Positions 12,565-23,844 of a stretch of DNA of 64,000 nucleotides are shown here, piece after piece. The stretch comes from a virus. The notes under the pieces are model-generated. The model ran no database searches, was not told the DNA's origin, and saw nothing but the letters and a program-made list of their open reading frames with translations. Position numbers and translations under genes: made by a program. Numbering within the stretch: position 1 is the first letter of the stretch; each line of letters starts with the position of its first letter. The stretch is from positions 2,929 to 66,928 of IMG/VR virus record IMGVR_UViG_3300046804_004994, one strand, 5' to 3'.

Positions 12565-15500
12565 TTAATCGATAACTGTCGCGCTAGTAAATAATTGCAA
12601 GCCTTTAAATAACTGACATGTTAACATGTTTTCTGCAATAGTTTTCCAGTCAGTCTTAGAACTTAAAGTTTGTGACCAAGTTGTATGTTCCCAATCAATT
12701 GTTCCTTCTAACTGACTATTTTCAGGTTGATGTATATATTCATAGAATGAATATGTTTCATCTATTTGATCTATTGTGAATGCATCAGGTAATACTAAAT
12801 TCCATCCCCATCTAATACTAAATGTAGACAATGCATACGTTTGCAATGCTTCATTTTTATATTCTGTGTAATTCCCACTTAAAATATCAGTGTTCAATAA
12901 TTTGTACTTATTGCTAAATTTTTCAAGTGCGACAATTGGCATTGATGCGGAACCTGCTGTCAAAATTGTGGTATATATGTCAAGTTTATTGCCAATATTA
13001 ATACCAAACACATCGTTATCTATAGTTCCTCGACGATCAAAGTTTTCACTAAAGATATTATTGCTACCCCACAATTTTGTTTGCTTAATAGAAAATATAT
13101 CTACTAGTCTTGCTATGTTTGAGGGGTACGCAAACTTGAATTTATCAAATTGTACTAACTCTTGACCAAATTCTTGATATATACTTGCTAGATTGTTAAT
13201 ATTGCATGTATACGCATTGTAAGTATTATCGACAAAATTTGCTATTTTTTCATTTACACGTTTTCCTAACGTGTTTGGGCTGGAGTGTTTGTTTCCAACT
13301 ATAGTTCCAATAAAATTATCAAATAAAATCGGCTTATCTAATATGTTTTCCTGGAATATAAACGACTTATACATATCAGTAAAGTCAACATATTCATTAA
13401 TCTTACTGAATTGATAACCACCGCTAAGTGGATATACCGTAAATGTATCAGAAGTTGTAGTAGCAACTGTGGAATATGTTGGGTCATATTTTAATATGTA
13501 ACGCAACCCAGTCCAATCACCGTACCCCAATAACATTTGCATATCATTAGGATCTGAAATAGTATCGAGCACAGCTTCTTCATATGGATTTATCGCAGAT
13601 GGTGTCACTACATATAAAGTCTTGTTTGTGTCGTCACCTACATATATCTTACCGTTAAATGTGCCACCAATAGCACCAATATCACTAAGATAATTTGTAC
13701 TATTAGATGTTAATGGTACTTGATATGTCGTAAGTGTGAAAGATGTGCTGTCAATACCAATTAAGTTTAGTTTATTATGAGAAATCCAAATATTTTCATT
13801 AGTATCAATAGTTATATAACCGATACTACCACTTATAGCAATTGTTGTAACTGCTGCGGTAGCTGAATTAATGTGTAATATGTTATCGTTAAATGTAGAT
13901 AATATAGTAGCAGTCGTTTTACAGTCTTTATAGATAACCCATACATTATTACTTGGATCAACTAACAATGAATCAGCTGAATATCCTGCTGTTAATGGAA
14001 TTGTTGATAAAACTGTGCCATTGGTATCATATTTTACAAGATATGACGAAATTGGGTTACTATAACTTACCCATATATTATCCGCGATATCAGTATCGAC
14101 GCAACTTGGTGTTAAACTGTTATCTCCAGCATAGCCGCTTAATGTAGCATATGTTTCAGTTGCAGTCAACGCTATATTTGTTAATGGTGGGTATGCAACT
14201 GCAGTTACTTTATTAGTTAATGCGTTTATTTTAATAGTACTAACAGCGTCGAATAATGTTACCCATACATCTTCATTAGAATCAATACAAATATGTGACG
14301 GTGCAGCACTAGACAGATTACCTAATAAGCTTACTACATTGTTATTACTTAATGTCATTGCTGATAATGACAATTCAACAGTTTTTAATCCCGCAGGCGT
14401 TAATTTTATAATTTTATCATTGTCTGCATCAGTTAACCACACATTTCCTAATATAGTACTATTAACAACCGTCGCTAATGATGAAATTCCAGAGAGACCG
14501 TAACTAGAAACTGTTGTGTTAGTTGTGGTCAGCCCTGTTGTCGAGTCAATTTCTATTAAATGCAATGAATCGCTATCTGGTTGAGCGAGCCATCCATAAA
14601 ATTCTCCAGCAGACGCACTAGTAGATATTGTTGCTTTAATATAAACATCATTGCAAGGTTGGTTAAACTGCAAATATCCTTTAAAATATCCACCAGATAA
14701 GCTACGCGCCGTAAGTGTTCCAAAATCTGCATAAATATTTACTCCACCTACACTATAACCTGCACCACTCAACACTTCAATTTTAACTGTATTTGCCTCA
14801 GATAATGTGTTGTCATGTATTAAAACATGTTTATGCTTTTTATCTACATTATTTTCATCTAATATTTTAACTACAAACGGTATTTTAGTGTCAACAAATT
14901 GGTTCTTATCAATATCAAAGGTGTTTATACCATTTGAAGTAATATCTAATGCTGATGAGTATGGTGATGCACAAATAGTATAAAAAATTGTTTGTGGTAT
15001 TTGTTGGATTACTTGATACGGTGTGTCTAATAATAAGTTTGAATAGTCAGTAAAATGTTTCCCATCAATTGATACAAAAATTAATGTATTATTGCCAATA
15101 TTAGAAATAAGATCGTCAGTATAATACACATCTACTCGCCCACTAGTACCTGCAAAACATGCTCCTTTATCAGTTTCTAAACACTTTACTAAGTTTATAC
15201 CTGATAATTTAAAATATAACAATTCATTAGTAGTGTTTACCTTATCTACTGGTATATATTCATCTATCCCACGGACACAATTATACGTTTTAGTAAAAAA
15301 TCCTGTGTAAGGTAACAAATGATCATATGCCGATTTTTCATATTGTTCTAAATTTAATAAAGGGGCATTGCAACCACTTGCAAATAAATTAAACGTGTAT
15401 TCTTTATCTTCTTGATAAGATGCTGCATTATTAAATCGATGAATTGTAAAATAATTATCTTTATATGATGGGTAAATACCGTATGAACCGGTATTTGTTA

Positions 15501-15831
15501 AAACAAATGTATCTGGTATATAATCTGTAACGGTTACAATCTTTTTATATGAATCTATTACACCTGCACCGAGTTTATCAATTAAATTTAATGTAACCGT
15601 GTAAGTTCCAGGTAACCTATAATAATGTGATGCTGTTATACTTGTTGAAGTCGTGCCATCTCCAAATTCCCATAACAATTTTTTATTAGAAAAGTTATTA
15701 CCTGTATCGGTTAGACCATGCGGTATAAAAGTAAATGGTGTGATCTCCAAACTATAACTAGATAGACTATAGTTACCTGTATAGTTTTTAACGTGAAAAT
15801 AATTATATGCAGTGTTAATTAGATGTTCCAT
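12565..15831 (-). CDS. Baseplate protein with PKD domain and beta-propeller (NHL/Vgb-like) repeats
   Basis: LWEFGDGTTSTSITASHYYRLPGTYTVTL (PKD); repeated 'D.x.N.VWV' propeller blades; directly follows gp6. Confidence 0.7.
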   Translation of the reverse strand: MEHLINTAYNYFHVKNYTGNYSLSSYSLEITPFTFIPHGLTDTGNNFSNKKLLWEFGDGTTSTSITASHYYRLPGTYTVTLNLIDKLGAGVIDSYKKIVTVTDYIPDTFVLTNTGSYGIYPSYKDNYFTIHRFNNAASYQEDKEYTFNLFASGCNAPLLNLEQYEKSAYDHLLPYTGFFTKTYNCVRGIDEYIPVDKVNTTNELLYFKLSGINLVKCLETDKGACFAGTSGRVDVYYTDDLISNIGNNTLIFVSIDGKHFTDYSNLLLDTPYQVIQQIPQTIFYTICASPYSSALDITSNGINTFDIDKNQFVDTKIPFVVKILDENNVDKKHKHVLIHDNTLSEANTVKIEVLSGAGYSVGGVNIYADFGTLTARSLSGGYFKGYLQFNQPCNDVYIKATISTSASAGEFYGWLAQPDSDSLHLIEIDSTTGLTTTNTTVSSYGLSGISSLATVVNSTILGNVWLTDADNDKIIKLTPAGLKTVELSLSAMTLSNNNVVSLLGNLSSAAPSHICIDSNEDVWVTLFDAVSTIKINALTNKVTAVAYPPLTNIALTATETYATLSGYAGDNSLTPSCVDTDIADNIWVSYSNPISSYLVKYDTNGTVLSTIPLTAGYSADSLLVDPSNNVWVIYKDCKTTATILSTFNDNILHINSATAAVTTIAISGSIGYITIDTNENIWISHNKLNLIGIDSTSFTLTTYQVPLTSNSTNYLSDIGAIGGTFNGKIYVGDDTNKTLYVVTPSAINPYEEAVLDTISDPNDMQMLLGYGDWTGLRYILKYDPTYSTVATTTSDTFTVYPLSGGYQFSKINEYVDFTDMYKSFIFQENILDKPILFDNFIGTIVGNKHSSPNTLGKRVNEKIANFVDNTYNAYTCNINNLASIYQEFGQELVQFDKFKFAYPSNIARLVDIFSIKQTKLWGSNNIFSENFDRRGTIDNDVFGINIGNKLDIYTTILTAGSASMPIVALEKFSNKYKLLNTDILSGNYTEYKNEALQTYALSTFSIRWGWNLVLPDAFTIDQIDETYSFYEYIHQPENSQLEGTIDWEHTTWSQTLSSKTDWKTIAENMLTCQLFKGLQLFTSATVID

Positions 15832-17654
15832 TATTCGACAATAATATTAGCCAATTGCTTTGTTAATTCATAGAAAAACGGAAATTGAAATTTCTGCAAT
15901 CTAATATTCTGAGCGGTGGTGTTAACATTTACATTAGGATATAACGGATTCCAATAAATAAAATTCAATTTTTCAGTTGTAATTGTGGAATCGTTTAATG
16001 TTCTTACTATTTCAATATTTGACACGCCAGGAATATTTAAAATATCTATATTCAATGTGTTAAAGTCCATCAATTGTCCTAACTCATTATTTTTTAATGC
16101 AAAAAAATTGGTTATAATTGCCCCGACTTGTGTTTTTATTTGTTCTTTTGATAAAATAGAGTTTGCGGCGCGTTTTACTTTTAATTTTGTCGTATCTTTA
16201 ATAGATACTGTTAAAGGTTCATCAATAAAAGGTAGTCCAAATGCAAAACTTACATAAATTGGATCATTTACAGTAATATTATGCGTTTCGCATTTAATAT
16301 TATTGAAAAAGTTTTTAATTGTTTGTTTTTGAGCAACAGGCAACACGTTTGGAGTTGTTTCATTAGAAATTGCTGCAATAGAAGGCACAACAAAAATATT
16401 AATGTTATTAAAATCACATGCATCGTTAAATGTTACTTGATTGAACAGTACACGTTCATCAGTATTAGGTTGTTCTAAACCGATATCATAAAAATACTTA
16501 ATATATGTTGACACGAATTCTTGATTATTAATAACTGAACAACTATTAATGATTGATGTAAAATTCTTTGACAAGAATGCTATATAATCTGCACTACTAA
16601 CTGCACGATTTTGTGCAACAAATAATGCTGGAGCGTTTTGTCTAATTTCATCAACCGATTCAATTTGAGTCGGATCAGTTGATTGAAAAATATTTGAAAC
16701 TTGCAGAGTTTGTACACTATTTGCATTAAGATATATTAAGCTGGAATCATATATATCCGTACCAATTTCTCTAAACAATGTAGAGTTATATAGTGTTATA
16801 ATTCCAGAATTTATAACGTTTGGACCAATAACTCCAAGCTTTCCGTCACTTTGAAGATAAAATATTGCTACTTCATCACCAGTATTTAACTGTTTACCAT
16901 TTATATTATTACCAAACTTAATCTCATAACGATTAAACTCGTTGAACCGTTTTTCAAATGCTTTTGTGTTAGCGTCTACTACAAATAAGCTACTCGACTC
17001 ATTCCATTCACTCCATTTACCTGTAAGAATATCTTTAACGAATACATAAATGTTATTGTTATCGATAAATTTATCACTTGTATCATTGTTACCAGGGTCG
17101 ATTGCAATGGTCACCTGTTCAAATGCTTCACCAATTGCAGTATATGTTGGATACTCTTTAAAAACACCTTGATATAAAATATTGTTTTCACCAATTGACG
17201 CAATTTCTTCACTCCCATTTAAAGTCTTTTCAAATGAAATGTCTTTATTAGTGGAATAAACGTTTCCATTGAAAATAATTTGTGCAAAGCGTTTTAATGT
17301 GTAAAAATTTGGAGAAAGATTGCTATTTGCTACTAATTTGAAGTTTAGCAATGATGTTTGCCTTCCTTGAGGTTTATATCCAATCAAAGAAACAATTTTA
17401 TTAATATTTTCATACAATTCCGCTTGACTAAAGATGGCTTCTGACGAAGTGTTATTAAGATAAAACAATAATAAGTGATAAGAAAACGCTAAAATATCAG
17501 TTAATGCAGAGATATTGCTACCTTCATAAGCAATATCAGGGAATAATTGACTATCTTTTAATTTATCGACAAACATTTGACGGAGACTAACTGCATCAAA
17601 TGTTGCATATGCTTGTCGAGGTAAATTGTATTCTAAATATTCTGTTGTAGCCAT
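15831..17654 (-). CDS. gp6: Baseplate wedge subunit, T4 gp6-like
   Basis: YEGSNISALTDILAF, YEIKFGNNINGK, ESVDEIRQNAP...QNRAVSSADY motifs. Confidence 0.9.
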   Translation of the reverse strand: MATTEYLEYNLPRQAYATFDAVSLRQMFVDKLKDSQLFPDIAYEGSNISALTDILAFSYHLLLFYLNNTSSEAIFSQAELYENINKIVSLIGYKPQGRQTSLLNFKLVANSNLSPNFYTLKRFAQIIFNGNVYSTNKDISFEKTLNGSEEIASIGENNILYQGVFKEYPTYTAIGEAFEQVTIAIDPGNNDTSDKFIDNNNIYVFVKDILTGKWSEWNESSSLFVVDANTKAFEKRFNEFNRYEIKFGNNINGKQLNTGDEVAIFYLQSDGKLGVIGPNVINSGIITLYNSTLFREIGTDIYDSSLIYLNANSVQTLQVSNIFQSTDPTQIESVDEIRQNAPALFVAQNRAVSSADYIAFLSKNFTSIINSCSVINNQEFVSTYIKYFYDIGLEQPNTDERVLFNQVTFNDACDFNNINIFVVPSIAAISNETTPNVLPVAQKQTIKNFFNNIKCETHNITVNDPIYVSFAFGLPFIDEPLTVSIKDTTKLKVKRAANSILSKEQIKTQVGAIITNFFALKNNELGQLMDFNTLNIDILNIPGVSNIEIVRTLNDSTITTEKLNFIYWNPLYPNVNVNTTAQNIRLQKFQFPFFYELTKQLANIIVE

Positions 17655-17657
17655 TGT

Positions 17658-18137
17658 TTATACTTTTGTAAAAATGTAACCATCATTATTTAAGATGCCT
17701 AATATGCTTACGCCAGTTAAATTCAACGAAGGCACTGAAATACTAATATCAATTTCATATTGCTGTTGGTCTTCATCAACAGCAATTTTAATAAAATCAA
17801 TTACCACTCTTGGTTCAAATACATTAATTTGAGATGTAATAATATTACCTAATTGTTCACCACGAAATTTTGTAACTTGCTCAAACAATAAGCCGCGAAA
17901 ATCTAATCCATATGCAGGATTTAAAATTTTCTCTCCTGGGCTGGTGGTTAAAAGGTTACGAATGGAGTTTTTAACAGCCTCTACATCGTAATCCGCTTTA
18001 AAATCTTGTCTTTCCTGTTGTTTATATTTTTGTGAGTTGGCCGTATAATTTTCAATTAAATCTAAATGCACATCTTTATAAAGATATGCTGAATTTGATT
18101 GTTGCTTTGGCAGTGCAGTTAAATTAATTTTGGCCAT
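17658..18137 (-). CDS. gp25: Baseplate wedge subunit, T4 gp25-like
   Basis: AVKNSIRNLLTTSPGEKILNPAYG...LLFE...FEPRV motif. Confidence 0.9.
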   Translation of the reverse strand: MAKINLTALPKQQSNSAYLYKDVHLDLIENYTANSQKYKQQERQDFKADYDVEAVKNSIRNLLTTSPGEKILNPAYGLDFRGLLFEQVTKFRGEQLGNIITSQINVFEPRVVIDFIKIAVDEDQQQYEIDISISVPSLNLTGVSILGILNNDGYIFTKV

Positions 18138-18142
18138 AAAAA

Positions 18143-18165
18143 TATTTAATGGGGATCATTAAATA
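18143..18165. promoter_or_regulatory. Back-to-back divergent TAAATA late promoters
   Basis: TAAATA on minus at 18143-18148 (gp25) and on plus at 18160-18165 (ATG 18172). Confidence 0.6.
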
Positions 18166-18171
18166 CTATTG

Positions 18172-18759
18172 ATGAACAGCAAATTTATTAAATTATGGGA
18201 ATCTTCTATGCAACGCTTTACCCGTGGAGGTTTCTCTGTAGGTGACTTTATTGAATTTATCAAAAATTATAAATCACATAATGATTTCAAAGCATTAAAC
18301 CCGGAAATGCAAAAAGAATTAGAAGATATGATCAATTCTAATTTACATATCCGTGTGGTTAATATTAAAGATGTGATGCCTACAGCAAAGCCTGGTAATG
18401 TGGATAATATGAATGGTAATAATGTGGTATTAGATATTGCTGCGGATCATGGCGGTGGCAGACATATTCAACAATTTACTGTTCCAACAACACTTATTAC
18501 ACGAATTGATGTATATCCAAATGTTGCACCAAAAATTCCTGAAGGATTGGTTCGTCCTAATAAGACAATTATTAAACCAGAAGAGTATACACAAGAAGAT
18601 AATGAAGAAATTGCAAAGACTCACCAGACTATGCAAGGGAATAGTATGAAAAAAGCAGATACTTCTTTACTTAATAAGAATGTTAAAATTCCTGCAAAAG
18701 AGGCTGAAGGTGCAAAGTCACCAGCAATAAGCTATACTATTAACTACATGAAGAGTTAA
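18172..18759 (+). CDS. Hypothetical late protein, possibly head-internal
   Basis: ATG at 18172 after TAAATA; N-terminus MNSKFIKLWE resembles the other capsid-targeting-like leaders. Confidence 0.6.
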   Translation: MNSKFIKLWESSMQRFTRGGFSVGDFIEFIKNYKSHNDFKALNPEMQKELEDMINSNLHIRVVNIKDVMPTAKPGNVDNMNGNNVVLDIAADHGGGRHIQQFTVPTTLITRIDVYPNVAPKIPEGLVRPNKTIIKPEEYTQEDNEEIAKTHQTMQGNSMKKADTSLLNKNVKIPAKEAEGAKSPAISYTINYMKS

Positions 18760-19681
18760 TAGCTTGTTGCAAATTAATTATACAAGCAAAGCAATTTATC
18801 TCTTGGTCGATACAAAAACTGCATCGATACATATGTTCTGTTAAAGTTAATATCAATATTTGTTTGTTATTGATATTAGAACTGTAAATGCACTCGAGCA
18901 AACACTTCATTAAGTTGTGGTAATCTCCGCTAAATACCGTTTCATTTTCAATTACAAATTTGCGACAATTATTAATTGATTCACTTTTAATCTTATTGAA
19001 TAGCTGTATTACAAATTCTTCAATTTGAGAAGACGCACCAATGCGTAACTCGTTATTAATGCAATATTTTTGCATTTCATTAATAACCTTTCTCAAGTCA
19101 GGAAAATGCGTCTTTATTAGATTTAGAAACAACTCCTTTTGATCTTTATGTAAGAAGACATTTTCTGCTTTTAATATATCGAAACATCTCCGAACCACGT
19201 CTTTCAAATCATAGTTAAACGATAATGATTGGCATCTACTTTGTAGTGCAGGTATGATTTTATACTTATAATTTGCAGTTAATATAAAACGTGTGACGTT
19301 ACTATACTCCTCCATGGTATTCCGGAGAGCTCTTTGAGAGTCCCCAGTTAGACCGTCACCTTCATCTAAGATAACAACTTTAATTGAACCTGTAAATGAA
19401 GCTGTCTGTGCAAATCCAATAACTTTATTGCGAATAGTATCTATCCCATTTTCATCAGATGCATTAATATAAATGTAATCACATTTTAATATGTCATTGA
19501 CAATAATTTTAGAAATACTTGTTTTTCCAATACCTGCGGGCCCAGTTAATAATAGATTAGGTATAGACTGCTCATCTTTAAACTTGTTGAGTAAGTTTAA
19601 AGTAGATGGCGATGCAACTAAATCGTTAATTGTCTTTGGACGATACTTTTCTGTCCAAAGCTGTTTGATATTTTCAATCAT
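18740..19681 (-). CDS. gp44: Clamp loader AAA+ subunit (gp44/RFC-like)
   Basis: LWTEKYRP, Walker A GPAGIGKT, INASDENG, ILDEGD, SRC motif. Confidence 0.95.
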   Translation of the reverse strand: MIENIKQLWTEKYRPKTINDLVASPSTLNLLNKFKDEQSIPNLLLTGPAGIGKTSISKIIVNDILKCDYIYINASDENGIDTIRNKVIGFAQTASFTGSIKVVILDEGDGLTGDSQRALRNTMEEYSNVTRFILTANYKYKIIPALQSRCQSLSFNYDLKDVVRRCFDILKAENVFLHKDQKELFLNLIKTHFPDLRKVINEMQKYCINNELRIGASSQIEEFVIQLFNKIKSESINNCRKFVIENETVFSGDYHNLMKCLLECIYSSNINNKQILILTLTEHMYRCSFCIDQEINCFACIINLQQAINSSCS

Positions 19682-20115
19682 TTACCTGTAGAACCTAAAC
19701 CTTTTTCACCACGAGCAGTTTCTACTACATTATCAACAAAACTTACAGTTGATTTCCACACTTTTTCTACTTTCATTTGAGCTGGTCTATCACCAATTTC
19801 AAATGTATATGGATTGTCTCCAAAATTGTATACCTTAACATTAAGGCTACCACGGTATCCAGAATCTATTTCTCCCAAATGAGGGCATAAATCATGTTTG
19901 AACCCCAATCCTGAACGAGGTTTAAATACTAAACCATACCCTGGTGTGATATATGCTAATTTAAGCCCTACATTAACAGTTGCTGATCCTCTAGCAGGTA
20001 TAGTGGTTCGTTCTACAGCATATACATCCCAACAATTGTCACCATCATGTGCTTTTGTGGGCAATTGTGAATTAATATCTAATTTAATTAGTTGAATTTC
20101 GATTGTTTCGTCCAT
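19678..20115 (-). CDS. dut: Trimeric dUTPase
   Basis: PRSG, GEIDSGYRG, GDRPAQ, RGEKGLGSTG motifs. Confidence 0.95.
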   Translation of the reverse strand: MDETIEIQLIKLDINSQLPTKAHDGDNCWDVYAVERTTIPARGSATVNVGLKLAYITPGYGLVFKPRSGLGFKHDLCPHLGEIDSGYRGSLNVKVYNFGDNPYTFEIGDRPAQMKVEKVWKSTVSFVDNVVETARGEKGLGSTGK

Positions 20116-20189
20116 GATTTATATTTTAAATGAAGCATTCAAGAAATCAAATATGTTTATTTTTATTTTTTTTGTAATAAATACATTAT

Positions 20190-20660
20190 ATGGATGAAGA
20201 TATTAATGACGCTGTAGGTGACATTTTAGATCAATTGAAATCTACACCTAAAATCGTTAAACAATTAGAACATATGGAGTTAAGTAAAGAAAATATTGAA
20301 GAGTTTATTTTAAAGTATACTAGTGAATTAGTGCGTACTAGCTCCGAAGCAGTAAACAATGTTAGTGATTACGTAGCTTCTGCTCCAAATGCAGATGATG
20401 TGTCGGCACTGGCAGAACTAATCAAATCAAGTGCAACTGCAATTGATACACTTAACAAAATTTTAATCAATGATAAGCGACATAAAACCATGATTCATAT
20501 TAAACAAATGGATGTGGAAAGTAGAAAGAAAGAGATTGATACTGTAGTAGGTGCCAAGCTTCTTATGTCTCGAGAAGAACTTATGAAACAATTTTTGCTT
20601 GAACTAAAACCAGTTGAAGGTGAAATTATTGAAGAAGAGCCAAAAATGCTTGAACAATAA
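20190..20660 (+). CDS. Helical protein, possible small terminase (gp16-like)
   Basis: 156 aa, acidic and helical; the APNADDVSALAELIK segment loosely resembles the gp16 core; TAAATA upstream. Confidence 0.4.
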   Translation: MDEDINDAVGDILDQLKSTPKIVKQLEHMELSKENIEEFILKYTSELVRTSSEAVNNVSDYVASAPNADDVSALAELIKSSATAIDTLNKILINDKRHKTMIHIKQMDVESRKKEIDTVVGAKLLMSREELMKQFLLELKPVEGEIIEEEPKMLEQ

Positions 20661-22325
20661 TTATGGTGCTGGGACTCGTCGCCAAAAAATTGTATCGTCT
20701 GTTTTAGATCCTAATTTCTTTTCAAGACCTGGGGACAAATCAATACTTCTACCTGTTCGAATGTGTGGACCCCAATCAACAAAACCTGTACCCGGTTTAC
20801 CGCTCACGCTTGGTGGTGGAACTAATACTGTTGCACCATTTTGTGGATTATAAAATTCAAAATAGCTATTTCTAAGTTCATGTAAAGATGTCTTAGAATA
20901 ATCAGCTCTATATGCAAAATAATCATCAGCAACATTTAAATCTCTATTTGTTAATCCGGTTGAACTTGTAATAGACAAATCTCCTTGGTTCATCGGGTCA
21001 CTAATACCACCAAAATTACTTTCTTTGCCACTTGCATACAATTCACCATTTGGACCATATGTTGCTTGAGTTAAGGGTTCTACACCATTACCTTCAAATA
21101 CACTAGCACTCGTTGGATTATATTGTCCTTGCGTTGTTATACCGTTAACTGTTTCATTTGCAGGTGCTTGTGACGCAGGCTGTGTATTTTGTTCTGGTGG
21201 AACTTTATCATCAATTGATGTAGCTTGTGGTGAGCTACTATTAGCTGATCGGCTATTCATATTAGACTGGCCAATATCATCATACTTTTTTGCTTGTGGT
21301 AGTATACTAGAATTAGACAAATCACTTACCGATTGAGGTATGCGATACGGTACAATTTCTTTTCCAAATGCATCATGTGGTATTGAATATCCATTAACAT
21401 TTATGTTAAATACTACCCGGCGAGCTTTTCCAAAATTCATATCTGGATCTTGATAATTAAACCGTTTGTAATAATCAGCAATTCTAAAACAGTCCTTTAA
21501 ATTGTTTGCAGCATTGTTCATTATATCTGAACTAGATCGTCCTACTGAAAAATATCTACTAATTGAATTTGTAAATGGATAAGATTCAGAAGTGCTTTCT
21601 AACGTTTGTGAACCACTTTGTAATAACGGTCTTTCTTTTTGAAGACGTTGTTGGTCAAAATTAGGTCCCAGACCATTTCTAAATGCCGATTCTGCAGCTC
21701 CAAATGTCTTACATATTTCATTAATAACTAATGTAGATATTTTATTAAATGCATTTAGCGTGGTAAAAACAGGTGCTTGAAATAATTCAAACGCACTATC
21801 CCACAATGCGGTAGTATGTGATGTAGCAGCTTCACCTACATCTGCTAATTTACCTACATGATCACTAAGAGGTTCAAAATAATTGCAAGGCGCTGCACAC
21901 TCACGCATTGCTTCTGCTAATTTATTTAGAAAACCATCATCTTCATTAATAGGAACATTTTGTTGTGATGGTTTACTAGTTGGTTTAGAAATATTATTTG
22001 CTTTGTAAAATGCTGCTTTTAATTCAATCCGTGCAGCACTACTTATCGGTAAAGGTAATGTGTTATTTACTTTATCTACAAAATATAAAATTGTAGGAAC
22101 ATCTAATGTACGCGCTATGAGCGTAAACTCTTTAACAAATTCTCGCAAAGACTGCAACGGTTCAGGGGATGTTTGTATTTTTTTGAATTTATATAATAAA
22201 TCAAACTCAGTTTCAAACTCTTTAACAAGTTCACATATATTTGTATCTTGTTTGAGCGCACTCAAACTAGGAAGTATAGCATATGTTTCTAATATTTCAG
22301 GTATAAGTGTTTTGCCTAAGAGCAT
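20661..22325 (-). CDS. Baseplate-hub/tail protein with a C-terminal RlpA-like double-psi beta-barrel (putative lytic transglycosylase)
   Basis: C-terminal FVDWGPHIRTGRSIDLSPGLEKKLG matches the RlpA D-x-G-P...R-x-I-D-L-S motif; follows the gp27-like gene. Confidence 0.65.
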   Translation of the reverse strand: MLLGKTLIPEILETYAILPSLSALKQDTNICELVKEFETEFDLLYKFKKIQTSPEPLQSLREFVKEFTLIARTLDVPTILYFVDKVNNTLPLPISSAARIELKAAFYKANNISKPTSKPSQQNVPINEDDGFLNKLAEAMRECAAPCNYFEPLSDHVGKLADVGEAATSHTTALWDSAFELFQAPVFTTLNAFNKISTLVINEICKTFGAAESAFRNGLGPNFDQQRLQKERPLLQSGSQTLESTSESYPFTNSISRYFSVGRSSSDIMNNAANNLKDCFRIADYYKRFNYQDPDMNFGKARRVVFNINVNGYSIPHDAFGKEIVPYRIPQSVSDLSNSSILPQAKKYDDIGQSNMNSRSANSSSPQATSIDDKVPPEQNTQPASQAPANETVNGITTQGQYNPTSASVFEGNGVEPLTQATYGPNGELYASGKESNFGGISDPMNQGDLSITSSTGLTNRDLNVADDYFAYRADYSKTSLHELRNSYFEFYNPQNGATVLVPPPSVSGKPGTGFVDWGPHIRTGRSIDLSPGLEKKLGSKTDDTIFWRRVPAP

Positions 22326-22334
22326 ATCAAATAT

Positions 22335-23843
22335 TTATGCAGTTGGTTGAATAAGTGTATATGGTTTAATTGTTTCCACTATATTCATATATGAGTCTTG
22401 TGTAAAAACGTGCTGAACAGAGGTTATAAAATGCCTACCAAGTGTATTATAATCCCATAAAGTGTTTAATTCGTCTTCAGTATTAGATACATCAATAAAC
22501 ACCCCAGCTTTTCTTATTGTGTGACCTTTTAACTTAAATACATGCACTTTGTCCATAAACAATAATGCATTAAATTTTTGCATAGTTGTAAATGCATTAC
22601 CGAGGTCACACGCTTCTGGGTGAGAGTAACTATCAATTGTATTGTGTTTTACTCTACTATTATTAAGTTTTACAATTGGGTATACGCTTCTGCCCATTAG
22701 AGAATTAAACGGGTCAACATATAATGTTCGATATTGTTGCAATATTTGAGTCACATCTCCGCTTTTTAAGCTCATTACCATGCCTTTATTTGGTTTAATA
22801 TTTGTATTTGTTATTACATTGTTGTGAAAATCTATTGTAAAGTTTGCATCAGGATTATCTGCATAATATTGACTTACAGTTGACACTTCACCAAATGGAA
22901 GTCCTTTAGGTGTCCATTTTAATGTACCGAGACTACAACCTCCATTTGGTGCAGATTCATCTGCGACCAATTTTTGAAATCTAATTGTTTCTATAACATT
23001 TTGATCATGTGTTTTAAAAATCTCTGCCAATGATTTCAATGACATTTTTTTAAAATACCTATCATGATTTAATAAACAATAATCTTTATACTGTGCACTA
23101 AAATGATTTTGATATAACATGTTTAATACATCATTGTATGTTAATTCACCGGTGCTGTTCACAAACATATTTTCTGCACCTTCATCAAATGATGTTTCGT
23201 CTATTTTTGAGTTTTCCACACCTGTTTTCTCCCCAGTATCATATACCAACTTAAAAAGTTCTTTAATGAGTATACCTGTTTTAACTGATCTTTCAGCATT
23301 TGTCCCATTCAATAAAGCTCCTCTTGATGGTGATGTTGGTGATGTCGGTGTTGCTGGTGTTGCTGGTGTTGCTTGAGCGCCTTGTTGTTGAGCAGCTACA
23401 GTTGCTGATTGTAGTTTAGAATTATGCTCACTCAACAAATATTGAGCTGCTTCAACCATTTTTAATTGTTTACATGTAGAGTTTTGAAATCTTACATCAG
23501 TGCAATTTGTAACGATAAATAAAAATGATAGTGCAAAATGTTCTCGATATTGTTCATTATCAAAATCTGCATCATTTTCAGATATTCGTGGCATTAAATC
23601 TATGAATATTACATCTCTACCATTGCCTAAAAATGTATAATTGATATCAGTTCTTTCTAAAATATTTAAATTATCCGACAACAACAATACTGCTTCATGA
23701 AAAGGGTTGAAAATATTATCAGTAATTATCAAGCTTCGAACTGCGTTTTTATTCAGTGATATTACCTGATTATTATCATTTAATAACGTTAATTCGAACT
23801 TATAATCAAGTTCGCCTATACGTGTAATTGAAGTGTTTTCCAT
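22335..23843 (-). CDS. Baseplate hub protein (gp27-like)
   Basis: LIITDNIFNPF N-terminal motif; C-terminal G-x-T-x-R-K-A-G...GRHFITSVQHVF; position after gp53. Confidence 0.6.
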   Translation of the reverse strand: MENTSITRIGELDYKFELTLLNDNNQVISLNKNAVRSLIITDNIFNPFHEAVLLLSDNLNILERTDINYTFLGNGRDVIFIDLMPRISENDADFDNEQYREHFALSFLFIVTNCTDVRFQNSTCKQLKMVEAAQYLLSEHNSKLQSATVAAQQQGAQATPATPATPTSPTSPSRGALLNGTNAERSVKTGILIKELFKLVYDTGEKTGVENSKIDETSFDEGAENMFVNSTGELTYNDVLNMLYQNHFSAQYKDYCLLNHDRYFKKMSLKSLAEIFKTHDQNVIETIRFQKLVADESAPNGGCSLGTLKWTPKGLPFGEVSTVSQYYADNPDANFTIDFHNNVITNTNIKPNKGMVMSLKSGDVTQILQQYRTLYVDPFNSLMGRSVYPIVKLNNSRVKHNTIDSYSHPEACDLGNAFTTMQKFNALLFMDKVHVFKLKGHTIRKAGVFIDVSNTEDELNTLWDYNTLGRHFITSVQHVFTQDSYMNIVETIKPYTLIQPTA

Positions 23844-23844
23844 A

